Source: Nemertoderma westbladi (lineage: Eukaryota > Animalia > Xenacoelomorpha). From it: 37,458 nt of DNA. Location of the stretch: the NCBI GenBank assembly GCA_032718475.1, contig JAUCBJ010004970.1, positions 1 to 37,458 of the forward strand, written 5' to 3'. The notes under the pieces are model-generated. The model saw only the letters and a program-made list of their open reading frames with translations, ran no database searches and was not told where the DNA came from. Position numbers and translations under genes: made by a program. Within the stretch, counting starts at the first letter, position 1, and every line of letters begins with the position of its first letter. Positions 1 through 10,520 of the stretch are shown piece after piece.

Positions 1-321
1 TATTAATAATACACGTTATTATCACATTACGATAGATTTTCAAATTGCCAGTTACATACAGTGAAATGTAATTTTGAACAAATTCAAGTGTTAAAACCAT
101 AAGCTTAAATTCATAATCTCGTATAATTGGTCAATGAAAAAATCAATAATTATGTATGATTTTTTCTTGTATGAAATTCTGAATTTAATTTCTATAACAC
201 TATAAAGTAGGCTTTAGAAATGTGGAATTTTTGGAATTCGGAATTAGAAATTTGTGGAATTTTTATTTATCAATGGGAGGCTTAGATCTATAGTTCAGAG
301 ACCCTAGGTTGCTACCGGACT

Positions 322-754
322 CATCCGTTTCATAAAGTTAACCGAAACGTACATCCAGTTTCATAAAGTTAACCGAAACGTACATCCAGTTTCATAAAGT
401 TAACCGAAACGTACATCCAGTTTCATAAAGTTAAACGAAACGTACATCCACTTTCATAAAGTTAACCGAAACGTACCTCCACTTTCATAAAGTTAACCAA
501 AACGTACATCCACTTTCTTAAAGTTAACCGAAACGTACATCCACTTTCATAAAGTTAACCGAAACGTACATCCAGTTTCATAAAGTTAACCGAAACGTAC
601 ATCCAGTTTCATAAAGTTAACCGAAACGTACATCCAGTTTCATAAAGTTAACCGAAACGTACATCCAGTTTCATAAAGTTAACCGAAACGTACATCCACT
701 TTCATAAAGTTAACCGAAACGTACATCCAGTTTCATAAAGTTATCCGTAACGTA
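322..754. repeat. 31-bp minisatellite (CATCCAGTTTCATAAAGTTAACCGAAACGTA), ~14 copies
   Basis: Head-to-tail, near-identical units visible directly; no unique spacers. Confidence 0.97.
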
Positions 755-1047
755 ATTAGGGCCAAGTTTTTATCGATATATAATATTCATTCATCTTCGC
801 TATCGGCTGCAACCCCACTAGCATCTTCTAGATCCTTCTTTCCACCCTTTTTCTACCGTACGCTTACTTACTGTACTTTTATACTGTACGCTTGGTACTG
901 GTACACAGATGCTAACTAGTAAGGCAAATATTTAAAAATAATATTTAAAAAATTACACTCGTATCATAAAAATTTAACAAAATAAGAAATGAACAAAGTC
1001 AGCGGATGGTCAGCTAGACATAGCCAAAGTTATCCATTGATGAATAA

Positions 1048-1355
1048 TAAACGTTAAAAATGAACGTTAAAGTCAACGTTATAAAATTTGGTATTGTCCG
1101 ATCTCTGTTGATTTTTGACGTATAATTACTGTAAAAAATTAACGTTAAAAATTAACGTTAAAGTAACGTTACAAAATATGGTATTGTCCGATATTTGTCA
1201 ATTTTTGACGTATAATTACTGTAAAAAATTAACGTTAAAAATTGACAGAATTCTAACGTTTTTTAACGTAGGTTTATGGTTAAATTCTAACTGTCATTTT
1301 TTAACGAATGTCTAACATAAACCCAACGTTAGATTAACGTTGGTGGTTTGCAGGG
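1048..1355. mobile_element. Right terminus of a DNA transposon/MITE (CACTA/EnSpm-like, ends ...TTTGCAGGG) interrupting the BEL 3' LTR
   Basis: ~90-bp duplicated unit, many AACGTT subterminal palindromes, and terminal GGTTTGCAGGG abutting LTR sequence at 1356. The matching left TIR was not seen in the window. Confidence 0.5.
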
Positions 1356-1457
1356 AAAACACCTACACAGTAAGAAAAACGATTTTTATGTCCGCTAAAA
1401 CACCTACAGAGTACTTTCTGGGGAAAATGACTAGTTATATCCGCAAAAGCCTTTACA
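1356..1457 (-). repeat. 3' LTR remnant of BEL copy 1 (truncated)
   Basis: Matches the end of 14802-16015 with a few differences; ends TTTACA on the plus strand. Confidence 0.9.
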
Positions 1458-1465
1458 CCGCTCCC
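1458..1465 (-). other. Polypurine tract (sense GGGAGCGG immediately before LTR TGT)
   Basis: Same motif at 35127-35134 in copy 2; absent next to the 5' LTR. Confidence 0.75.
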
Positions 1466-1535
1466 AGAAAATGGGATTTAATTCTATAAAATATAAAAAA
1501 TCACATTTTCCTAAATATAAAAATACTCTAAACAG

Positions 1536-3058
1536 TTAGTCTTTCTTGCGCAGACGGCGTTTACGCAGTTTTTTGAGGCTAGCAAGAGTCCTTTTCTCTT
1601 TGGGGCGAGCCACTTTACTAGGAGGTCTATAACTCCTGGGTGAAGGGTGCAATACAATTGCATCGGAAGGTTTAGGATTACGGTCGGTGTATCCGCCGGT
1701 TGAGTTACCTGGTTGATCGATCGTTGAGAGCGTGTTTTAAGACAGCAGCTATTACTGGTCCCTGACGGGTCGTTTGCACGAGAGCGGTAGGTGGACCGTG
1801 TGTAGTGAGAAATTTCCTCGGTTTAATGATTCTTTCCAACTCGCGTTCTCGGGCTCTATCGGAATCAATATGCTTCTCCTCGAGCTGATTTTCCTCCGCT
1901 TGTCGTTGAAAGCATTCGTCCAAAACTCTTGCAGAAAGTAGAGTCGTCCAAGTTCGATATCTTCTTAGAGATTCTGGATTTCCTGATCGAACTGAGATAA
2001 AGCTAATTCGTTTACCGCTTGGACTTGCTGCTGCAATTTACGTTTTCCTAAACAATTGTAGGTTCCTTTTCCGACCTTTTGACGAATAGTGTCCAACGCG
2101 TTTCGTACAACTCTCTCCTCCACCTCGGTGACAGGTTGTATCGGGTTAAACCGGGACGATGATACGGTTGAATGGCGATATTAGATGTCCGCGTCCCAAT
2201 CCGGCTAGGTAAGATGGGCGAATATTTAGGGAGCCCACAACCGGAGTGCCACCGACTAATTGTTCGGGTAACACTAGATCTTTGAACAGTGAGTACAGTT
2301 CGGGAGGATCCGTGATACTATTAGGATCAAGAGTCTGAGGTCTCACTAGGGAGTGAGGAGGTCTGACCGAGTATTCCGGAACTCTGATCATAGGTTTATT
2401 TAAGGATCGTTTGAGTCGAGCGAGCGTAGGTGATACATCGAACAAGTTTCGCTCGAAACTCCCGTAAATATAGCGAGTAAAACTGTGTTTAGAGCAACGT
2501 CTCCGCGGATGTTTATGTCTTTCCGTTTGTTGGTTGGGTCTTGGGCATTCATCGCAATAATACCAAAGACGCACGTCTTGTAGGGGAAACGCGGGTGATC
2601 TTTCTTCAGTTTTACAATGTTTCTCTCAAGAATTCCAAATATACGTTGGAGTCACTGCGTTTATCCGGTTCTTTAACGTCTTCTCTTTCAAGTCGATTTC
2701 GAATAGAATTTTCGCATTCGATTCTCAGTTTATCGTTCCGACTCCGCTGGGTATGATATTTAAATAGGACCATTTCCCTTTCGGTGTCGACATCGTCCGT
2801 ATCGTGTAAATCGATAGGATGACCAGTAGTTAAGAAGTCCATATGCGTACCATTACGATGCGTATAGCGAGCAGTGAATTTTCGATAGTCCAATTCACGA
2901 GTGAGTTGCTCCTGGGACATTGGCGGTTCGATATAACGACCATCGTCCTCCGTAGTAGTTGGACTAGCGTCGCCGCGTATTAAGCTATCAACAAACGCTT
3001 GCAACGGTAGAGTATATCGCTCCCTGATACCAAGATCATCTTATATCAACTCAGTCAT
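1536..3058 (-). pseudogene. Accessory gene downstream of pol, unknown function, basic C-terminal tail; disrupted and possibly intron-containing
   Basis: ATG at 3058 (MTELI..) and TAA at 1536 are both conserved in copy 2. Covers ORF pieces 2612-3004, 2146-2574 and 1705-1923. Differences from copy 2 are biased to third codon positions in several segments. Confidence 0.7.
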
Positions 3059-3872
3059 AGCTGCTATATGAGTTTATCAATATTATAATTAGTTATAATT
3101 AGGCTAGCGGGCGTCGCTGCCTACCCCTCACGGCCCCCGGACAGCGCAAGATCCTCAGCGCTGATGTACTGTCGCCGCTGTGCCTATCGCCAACATAGTA
3201 GCTGCACAACGACAACAACAACCAGCGCGAGTCACTCCACTGTCCGTCCCAAGGGCTTAGATTTACTTCAGGTTCTTACTGCAGAGGTAGGGCTACTTTC
3301 ACAACTGCGACTCGCTACTGTAAACACACTTTAGTAGTAACATTCACCTATAAACGCACAAATTCCACACAACTGTCACAAACCGCACACATTCGGGCCA
3401 TTTGTCCGTTAGTCAAGTGCCTTCCAGAATGCCACGTTATTATTATGTATCCTTGGATACTAGCAGTGTGCTATTTATTCCTTATGCTATTCAATGGGGC
3501 AAGCTTTATTGTTCTTTTAACTCACTTCTAATTCTAGCGTGGTTGTTGCCATGGTGACATTATGGAAAGCTAGCAGTAGAATTAGGGTAATTCTCATGCA
3601 TACAGATCTGGGATGCTATTTAATAGTAATTCTTTAATTGTCAATATTCCTCTTTATACATGATTTTATGAATTTTATCGGCTATTGACTATATATTGGA
3701 GATTCTCGCACACTAATATACTTAATAGGGTGAATCTCCGCTCCCATGATCTATTAATTAATGGAATTTTGGGAATGTTATAAATTGTATAAAAATGACA
3801 ATTTATCAAATTCATTAAAAGAGATGAATTTAAATTTATTCCCGTAAATTTTATTATTTAATGTTGGAATAA

Positions 3873-4236
3873 GCACAATTTTATTCCAGAGCATGTCTGG
3901 GGACTGGGATCCTTGATTCTAGGAAATTTGTCCTTTTAAGAGTATCGGTAAGTGCTACGATATCTTAATCGACTAGAATTTTAAAGGATCTAAAATTTAA
4001 CAGATTTTAATTTATAGATTTTCTAGAGTTAACTTTTAAGTATTTACTCTATTGTATTTGTTTGACAGATTTTATAAATATTAATAGTTAATATTTAAGA
4101 TGGGCACCGGTTTATTCCAGAACATGTCTGGGGACGTTAACCATTGATTCTAGAATTTTGTCTTTCAAGTATATCGGTGGGTGCCGCGATATCTTAATCG
4201 ACTAGAATTACAGATGGTCAAAGGGTTTAACAGATT
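3873..4236. repeat. Two diverged ~130-bp direct repeats about 231 bp apart
   Basis: TTTATTCCAGA.CATGTCTGGGGAC...CGATATCTTAATCGACTAGAATT at ~3880 and ~4111; the first copy is also at ~37325. Confidence 0.85.
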
Positions 4237-4761
4237 GATTTTGCGTTTTACGCTACTGTTAAAGGGACATCACGCTACTATATGTATTATTTAATATACG
4301 GTAGGAGAGCAATATTGCAAGAAGCAATGTCAGTGAGAAGAGGCAAGTCGTTTCCAAGGTCTACCCAGAGCTTGGTTTAGCCGAGACACGAGGATCTGAA
4401 CTTTGCATTCCTAATACTCTACTTACCAATAATACTTGAGTATAGTAGGAGCTTTATTGTACTTTAATAAGTACGGATATTTCATCTTACTGTAGTCACG
4501 TATTTATAATTATGATACGGACAGTAAGGAAAGAGAAAATAATTATTTCTCGCCGTCGCACTAAATATATATAATATAAGTAATTAAGTAATAAGACTAA
4601 TATATATTGCACTAATCTACTAGATAATCGCTAAAATAACATTCTACTAAATAAAATTAAAGAAAACGATTATAATAAAATTACATAATAATACATACAT
4701 AAATATAAAATAATAAAAACAAATATAAAATAATATAGTCACACACCCACTCCAGACGCTG

Positions 4762-5163
4762 TCACGTTGGGGAGTCCCTGGATGTTGGTTGGATTAGGGA
4801 GGTGGTCGTGGGAAGAGTATCTTGCCTTCCATAGTTTCCGGAGAGTTCTCTGTCTCTTTCCAGTAAACATAAACGACCAACTGGGCGATTGAGCTGCTGC
4901 GTCTCGAAGACAATTCCCGGTTTCTTAAAGTTACGTCGCATGACGACGAGTTCTACCGATCGCACCAAACCATCATCTGAGATATGAGTCTCGATGATAC
5001 GACCTGTCTGCCACCGCTTACGTGGAAGATCTGACTCCACAATAAGGACCATGTCTCCTGCGCTGACGTTTTCTTGCTGCGCAAACCACTTAGTTCGAAG
5101 TTGTAGCGTAGGCAGATAATGTTTTTCGAAATGGTCAGCGAAACGATGGGATAACAACTGCAT
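4762..5163 (-). pseudogene. pol: BEL/Pao pol C-terminal domain (DUF5641-like)
   Basis: YLPTLQLRTKW..GDMVLI..PRKRWQTGRIIE...DGLVRSV...RPVGRLCLLE is the typical BEL post-integrase tail. Confidence 0.9.
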
Positions 5164-5227
5164 AAGTTGCCAAGTTTGCCGGCAGTATTCGTCTCCATCC
5201 GTGATTTCCGATCATGGGAGCATGGCT

Positions 5228-6883
5228 TCAGGTTTCTTTCAGTAGGAAGTGCGCGGGTGTTAGCGCTTCCAGGGAATCGGGACTCGATGAGACTGGCATA
5301 AGCGGTCTCTCGTTGAGATAGGCGGCGATTTCCTCCATTAACGTCTGCAAAAGTTCGTCGGTGAGATACGTGCGGCACAGCACTATAAAGTGAAATGCGC
5401 TCTTCAGGCTCCTGATTAATCTCTCCCAACTTCCGCCCCACCAAGGGGCGTCGGCGGCGTTGAAGGTCCAGCTAGACGCTGTTACCCTTAGCTGATCGTC
5501 CACCTGTCTTTGGTTCCAATCTTTGACATAAGCCTTGATTTCATTGTTGGCACAAATGAAGTTCGTTCCCTTATCAGATCTCATCGTGTTACTAGTTCCA
5601 AAGCAAGCGATCTGTCGGCGTAAGCTCAATATGAAGCTATTGGTAGATAAATTGTTCACCATATCGAGATGGATAGCTCTACAAGTCATACAGACAAAGA
5701 TGACACACCATCTCTTGACTTTAGTCCTAGCACGATATACTTCAATAGGGCCAAATAAATCCACACCAGTATTTGTGAAGGGTGGTTCATATAAGCTTAC
5801 TCGTTCCCTAGGTAATTCTGCCTCTCGCTGTGTTAAAGGCCTACTGAATGCTTTCCTACAGGGTATGCAGTTCCTAAGAACTTGGTTCAGAGCTCTACGG
5901 GGTTTATGAAAATAATAGCAAGTTCGAATTTCGCTAAGAACTCGTTCTCTACCAGCATGATAAAGCTTACTGTGAACATCTACAATCATCTTGATTTGTA
6001 TTTCAAGATTTCTAATGAGTATGGGAAACTTAGTGTCAAAGGATAATGGAGCATTAGTTAGTCTTCCTCCAACGCGTATTAACCCATCTATCATTGTGCT
6101 AGAGAAACGATCCCATAAGCGCATCTGTGGATTTCTCAACAACAGTAAATACTTATCGGAATCCTCATAGCATTGCAGGAGTCTCAGTATCTGCTTATTT
6201 GTTTCTTCATGCTCCTGGTAACTGATCCTCTCCTTCAAAAATCTGTCTGATATCTTGTATTTGGGAAGATCTTTAACAACATGGACCTGAGCAGATGTCA
6301 GTGGAGCGGTATCACTAGCGGTCTTCGTCCTGGAGTGGTGATGATGAAAACATTGCTTTAAATATGTAACGGCCTTACAAAGCCGATTCCAGGAGCTATA
6401 GTGATGTATTGCTCTCTGCAGGAGAGGTGAGATTCCTTGCGAGACGTCTGGTGTTCCAGATTTCCAATCTCTCTCTCTGATTTCCACAACAGACTCATTT
6501 GTGGCTGGGGGTTTTGGATTCAAAGCGTCGTCTCCGGAAGTGTGTAGTACAGACAGATCTATCACGGGTTTAAATAACTTCGATTTACTTGCCCGGGTTT
6601 TAGGTTTGACTTTCTCCGCTCCCTTGGCTTGTCTAATCTCCGCCGTAGTAAGATGAGGAGGCCATTCATCCTCTTCCTTGCTTAAGAATTCGGGTCCACC
6701 TAACCAGTCTGGAGTATCTATCAGTTCTCGTGGAGTTGCTCCCCTGGAGGCGATGTCGGCTGGATTAATCGTCCCAGGGCAATGTCTCCATTGATCTATC
6801 TTCGTGCGACTAAGTATAATGGCTACTCTGTTGGTAATGGAGACGCTGAACTGACAGACTTCATTGGTTATATACTCCAACAC
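5228..6883 (-). pseudogene. pol: End of RNase H region plus integrase
   Basis: WRHCPGTINPADIASRG; HHCC zinc finger (HSKLYH..CIPC); DDE motifs GVDLFGP, SDKGTNF, WGGSWERL. Confidence 0.95.
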
Positions 6884-6988
6884 GAGTAAAGCATCGGTCC
6901 AATAGACAGTTTTCTCCAGTAGATAGTCGATCTGTTCTGTTACATTCCGGCCGATGGCTGTAGCATATAGAGCCGCTTTTAACTCCGC

Positions 6989-7435
6989 TCAAGGAACTTT
7001 CAACTTGTTGTTTATCAAGGCCTTAGAGGTAACCAAGGTGACCTTAATTCCATCCGGAGTTTCAACTCTCAGGTAGGCTACTATACCTATTCCCATATCG
7101 CTGGCATCTCCAAACACATGGAGTTGATAGGAATACGTGGGGAGAACGTGACCAAAATATGAACGGGAAATTATAAAGTTCTCGATGGATGGTAGAGAAT
7201 CTTCCCATTTCATCCACTTCTTTAATAGTTCTCCCTTAAGTGGATCGTCCCATGAGTGGTTTTCAAGCCACATTTGTTGTACTAAACTCCGAGCAATCAA
7301 TATAACTGGGCTAATAAATCCCAATGGATCGAAATAAGTGCTCAGGATACTTAGACAAATCCGTTTAGTCCGAACTGGATTATCTCGCTGTTTTAGCTGG
7401 AAAAACAGGATATCTCTCTCCGTGTCCCATTTCAA
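6989..7435 (-). pseudogene. pol: Pao RT connection / RNase H (Peptidase_A17-like region)
   Basis: TKR..LS..FDPLGFISP, W..WDDPL, LHVFGDAS, YLR motifs. Confidence 0.92.
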
Positions 7436-7438
7436 ATT

Positions 7439-8218
7439 TCAAATTTTGGTTTCTGGAAGATCGTCCTTGATAAGGTCTAGATCTTTAACTCCTCGGTCTT
7501 CTACCGGGATCGATTCCAGAAATTCACGGGAGTTACTGGTGAATTTAGTTAATCGAAATCCACCTCTTTTCAAGCACTCTACCGTTCCTTTGGCGACATC
7601 AATGGCTTCTTCCACCGATGGGAGTGACTTTAAATTGTCGTCCATGTATATATCCCGTTTGATGTTGTCGATAACCTCTTTGGAGAAGGCGTCCCGGTTG
7701 TCATCAACTGTGGTGCGCACTACTGAGCAGGCGTTTGAAGGGCTCGAGATGATCCCAAAAGCCTGGATGGTCATCCAGTACTCCACCGGTTTCTGGTTGA
7801 GGTCTCCTTCAGGCCACCACAGAAATCGTAGGCTGTCTCGATCTCTATCCAGCGCCTTAACTTGTAAGAACATGCCTTCTATATCGGAGGCAAAAGCGAT
7901 CGAATATTGTCGTAATCTTAAGAGTATTCCCTACAAGGATTGGAGTAAGTTGGGTCCCGGCAACAACTTGGAGTTAAGGGATTGGCCCATGTAGAGGGCG
8001 GAGCCGTCAAATACTACCCGGACTTCGTTGGGTTTACCGGGTTTGGGAACGTAATGATGTGTTAGATAGTACGTTCTCTCAGTTATGGGTGTTTCTTCCG
8101 GTACTCGCTCCGCATATCCCTTGTCAATGAATTTCTTCAACTGGGTCTTGTACATCTCCTTAGCTGAAGCATTTGCCGTAAGGCATCGATGTAGTTGCGC
8201 AATTCTCTTCTCCGCCAA
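7439..8218 (-). pseudogene. pol: Reverse transcriptase (in-frame stop at ~7931)
   Basis: YLTHHYV, RVVFDGSA, SLN..LLPGPNL, MFLQV..DRDSLRFLW, FG..SSP, YMDD. Confidence 0.95.
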
Positions 8219-8457
8219 GGGTCGGTTGTTTATAAAATTGGGTTCTCACCGTCAGAAAGGCAGACCAATCTCATACCTACCTTGATCTTTAAGAAAACGT
8301 ATAGTCGTTTCCTGTATCTGCTTGGCTCTTTCTTCTTCTACCGATAGGGCCTTATCATAGGAATTGGGCTCTACAGCCTCTTGAGTAAAGAATCATACGG
8401 CGTGTTCATCGCGAGTCTTCGCGTTGTAACGATCTATCACTTCATTAAGTAATGTAA

Positions 8458-9201
8458 TTAAACTTCATTAATGTAATCGACTTGTCCCGGTGGATGAATG
8501 AGGTGACATAGGTTCACTTGGTTTTGCCAAGTTTCATTTTCCGTAAGGAGGTCGATGGTATTCTCCTCGTCGAATAGTTGGTGGATATCATCATTATCTG
8601 AGGAGTATGGTGTTCCCTCAGGTGTGTCGTCTCCCTCACTGATCTCCTCTTTCCATTCACTCACCTGGTAGACTCGTTCTTTGGGTAGCCTTTCCATGAG
8701 AGTTCTACGGGAAGGTCCAGTAAAGTACCAACCTACTCTAGTTCTTCCCGCATAGGTTTGCAGTGGTTGCGGTTGAGCAGGCCGTTTTTCCAATGTCTCA
8801 AGCGCCTCATGCGCATTTTGGCAGATGAGTATTTGTACTCCAGGGTAGTCTGTGTTGAATCTAGGTATCTCATGCTGCTGGGTGAAATCGTCCTCAACCC
8901 AGTTATAAGGTTCCAATTGGCTGGTAGTGAAGTTCTTTATTGCCACCATTTTTACTGACCTTATACTGTGTTCTCCTAGTTCATCCTGGGGGGTGGACAA
9001 CGCGCCTATATAATAGTCTGTAGTTACTGTAGATTTCCAAACCTGCATAATTCCTGAAAGGTTCAACTTAGTTCGGAACTCAGGTTGTCCAGCAAAGATG
9101 TCTTCGGCTAGTTCTTTGTCGATGAATGTTCCTGTGCTACCGGAGTCAAGGAGGGCGTTCACTATATAGCTCTTTTCTGACCCATGGACTCTCAACTGCA
9201 C
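8458..9201 (-). pseudogene. pol: Aspartic protease
   Basis: ALLDSGSTGTFI catalytic motif; downstream RTRVGWYFTG typical of BEL. Confidence 0.9.
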
Positions 9202-9269
9202 TACGGGAAATTCTCGGATTCCTACGTTGGAAGTTGGTGCTTTCTAAGATGGTTGTCGGTCAGGAATCG

Positions 9270-10520
9270 TTAGGGGGAGCTCACTATCGGTTTCCTTCTC
9301 ATACGTAAGTGCTCGATACACGTGTTTATTAGATAACAGGATTCGTTTTTGTCGGAGAATTCATCCGTATAGAATCCTTCCATCTCAGAACTTTGGTCAG
9401 TGTCGTTCACATCACTGAATTGGACATGAAGTACGGACTCACTTACCTGACTCGGGCTGTTTCTTTCGAATTCAGTGTGCAACAAGATATGATGTTTTGC
9501 GCCGCACTTAGCACACTTTGCGTCGGAGTAACAGGTTCGCCGTTGGTGTCTTTGTCTGAGGCAATTATAACACAACCGCTTATCCCACATGACTTCACGT
9601 CTATCTGTTAGGGATTTCTTTAAGAAGTCATCACACACACTTAAACGGTGGGGCCCGTCGCACAGCGCACATTTTGGTTTGATGTTACTTACTTTACCTT
9701 GGGTAACGTTGTGCACACTCGTTCTTTCCTCGGGCTTTCTTCCGTGAACTCTCTTAGGAGACGTAGGAGGAGTTTTTGTTACCTGTTCTCTCCTGTCACT
9801 GGTTCGAGACTTAAATTTACTTACGTCTTTAGGCGCTTTGTTGACATAGTAAGATCTTTCAGTGTCTTTCCCGCTGTCCTCCTCTTGAGAAGCCTGGCTT
9901 TCGCCGTCGTCTGTATAACACACTGGTGTTACCTTTCTCCTAGAAACGGTTTTCTCACTTAGCTTATTTTCCGGTGTCTTCTCTCTGGACTGCTTTAGGA
10001 GTTGTAATTTTACCTCTCCATCTAAGAATGACATGAGATCAGCCATGGTAGGGTCTCTTTGTTGTTGTTCCATCATATATAACACTTTCTTGTCCCAGCG
10101 TGTACCTACTCCACCCTTGGGCAAAGTAGATGCTAAGGCTCCTACAACCATAGAATTCTGGTATTCATGAGACTTACCTAACCAATCTAGTTGTCTACAG
10201 ATCTCCTGAATATCGTCGGAAAACTCTATAATCCCGCTGCTAAGAAACTTTCGGGGCGTCATTAATTTCGCATATAAATACCTAGCTATGTTAGTCCTAT
10301 TACCATACCTGATGTTCAGTGTATCCCAAACTTGTCTTAATCCATCTGGATGTCCAATAAACTTTAACGCCATTAACTTGGGAGATCCTTCCAAGCACTC
10401 GATGAGGAATCTCAGTTTCTCTCCGCTAGATAGCACAGAGTTCTGTATGTTATCTTTATAATATTCATTAAAAGGTAACCATTTCATCTCATCTCCGTTG
10501 AACTTGACGATCTCTCCCAC
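9270..10520 (-). pseudogene. gag: Gag core (DUF1759-like) with three Cys/His motifs
   Basis: FNGDEMKWLPF..KLRFL..CLEG..L..RYG; CALCDGPHRLSVC, CYNCLRQRHQRRTC, CAKCGAKHHILLH. Confidence 0.93.

Noticed and set aside
322-754. GTTTC...GAAAC units resembling CRISPR repeats
   Set aside because: The intervening 9 nt are essentially constant, there are no cas genes, and the context is eukaryotic; a plain minisatellite.
1536-3058. env gene
   Set aside because: No signal peptide, TM helix or Cys-rich ectodomain evident.
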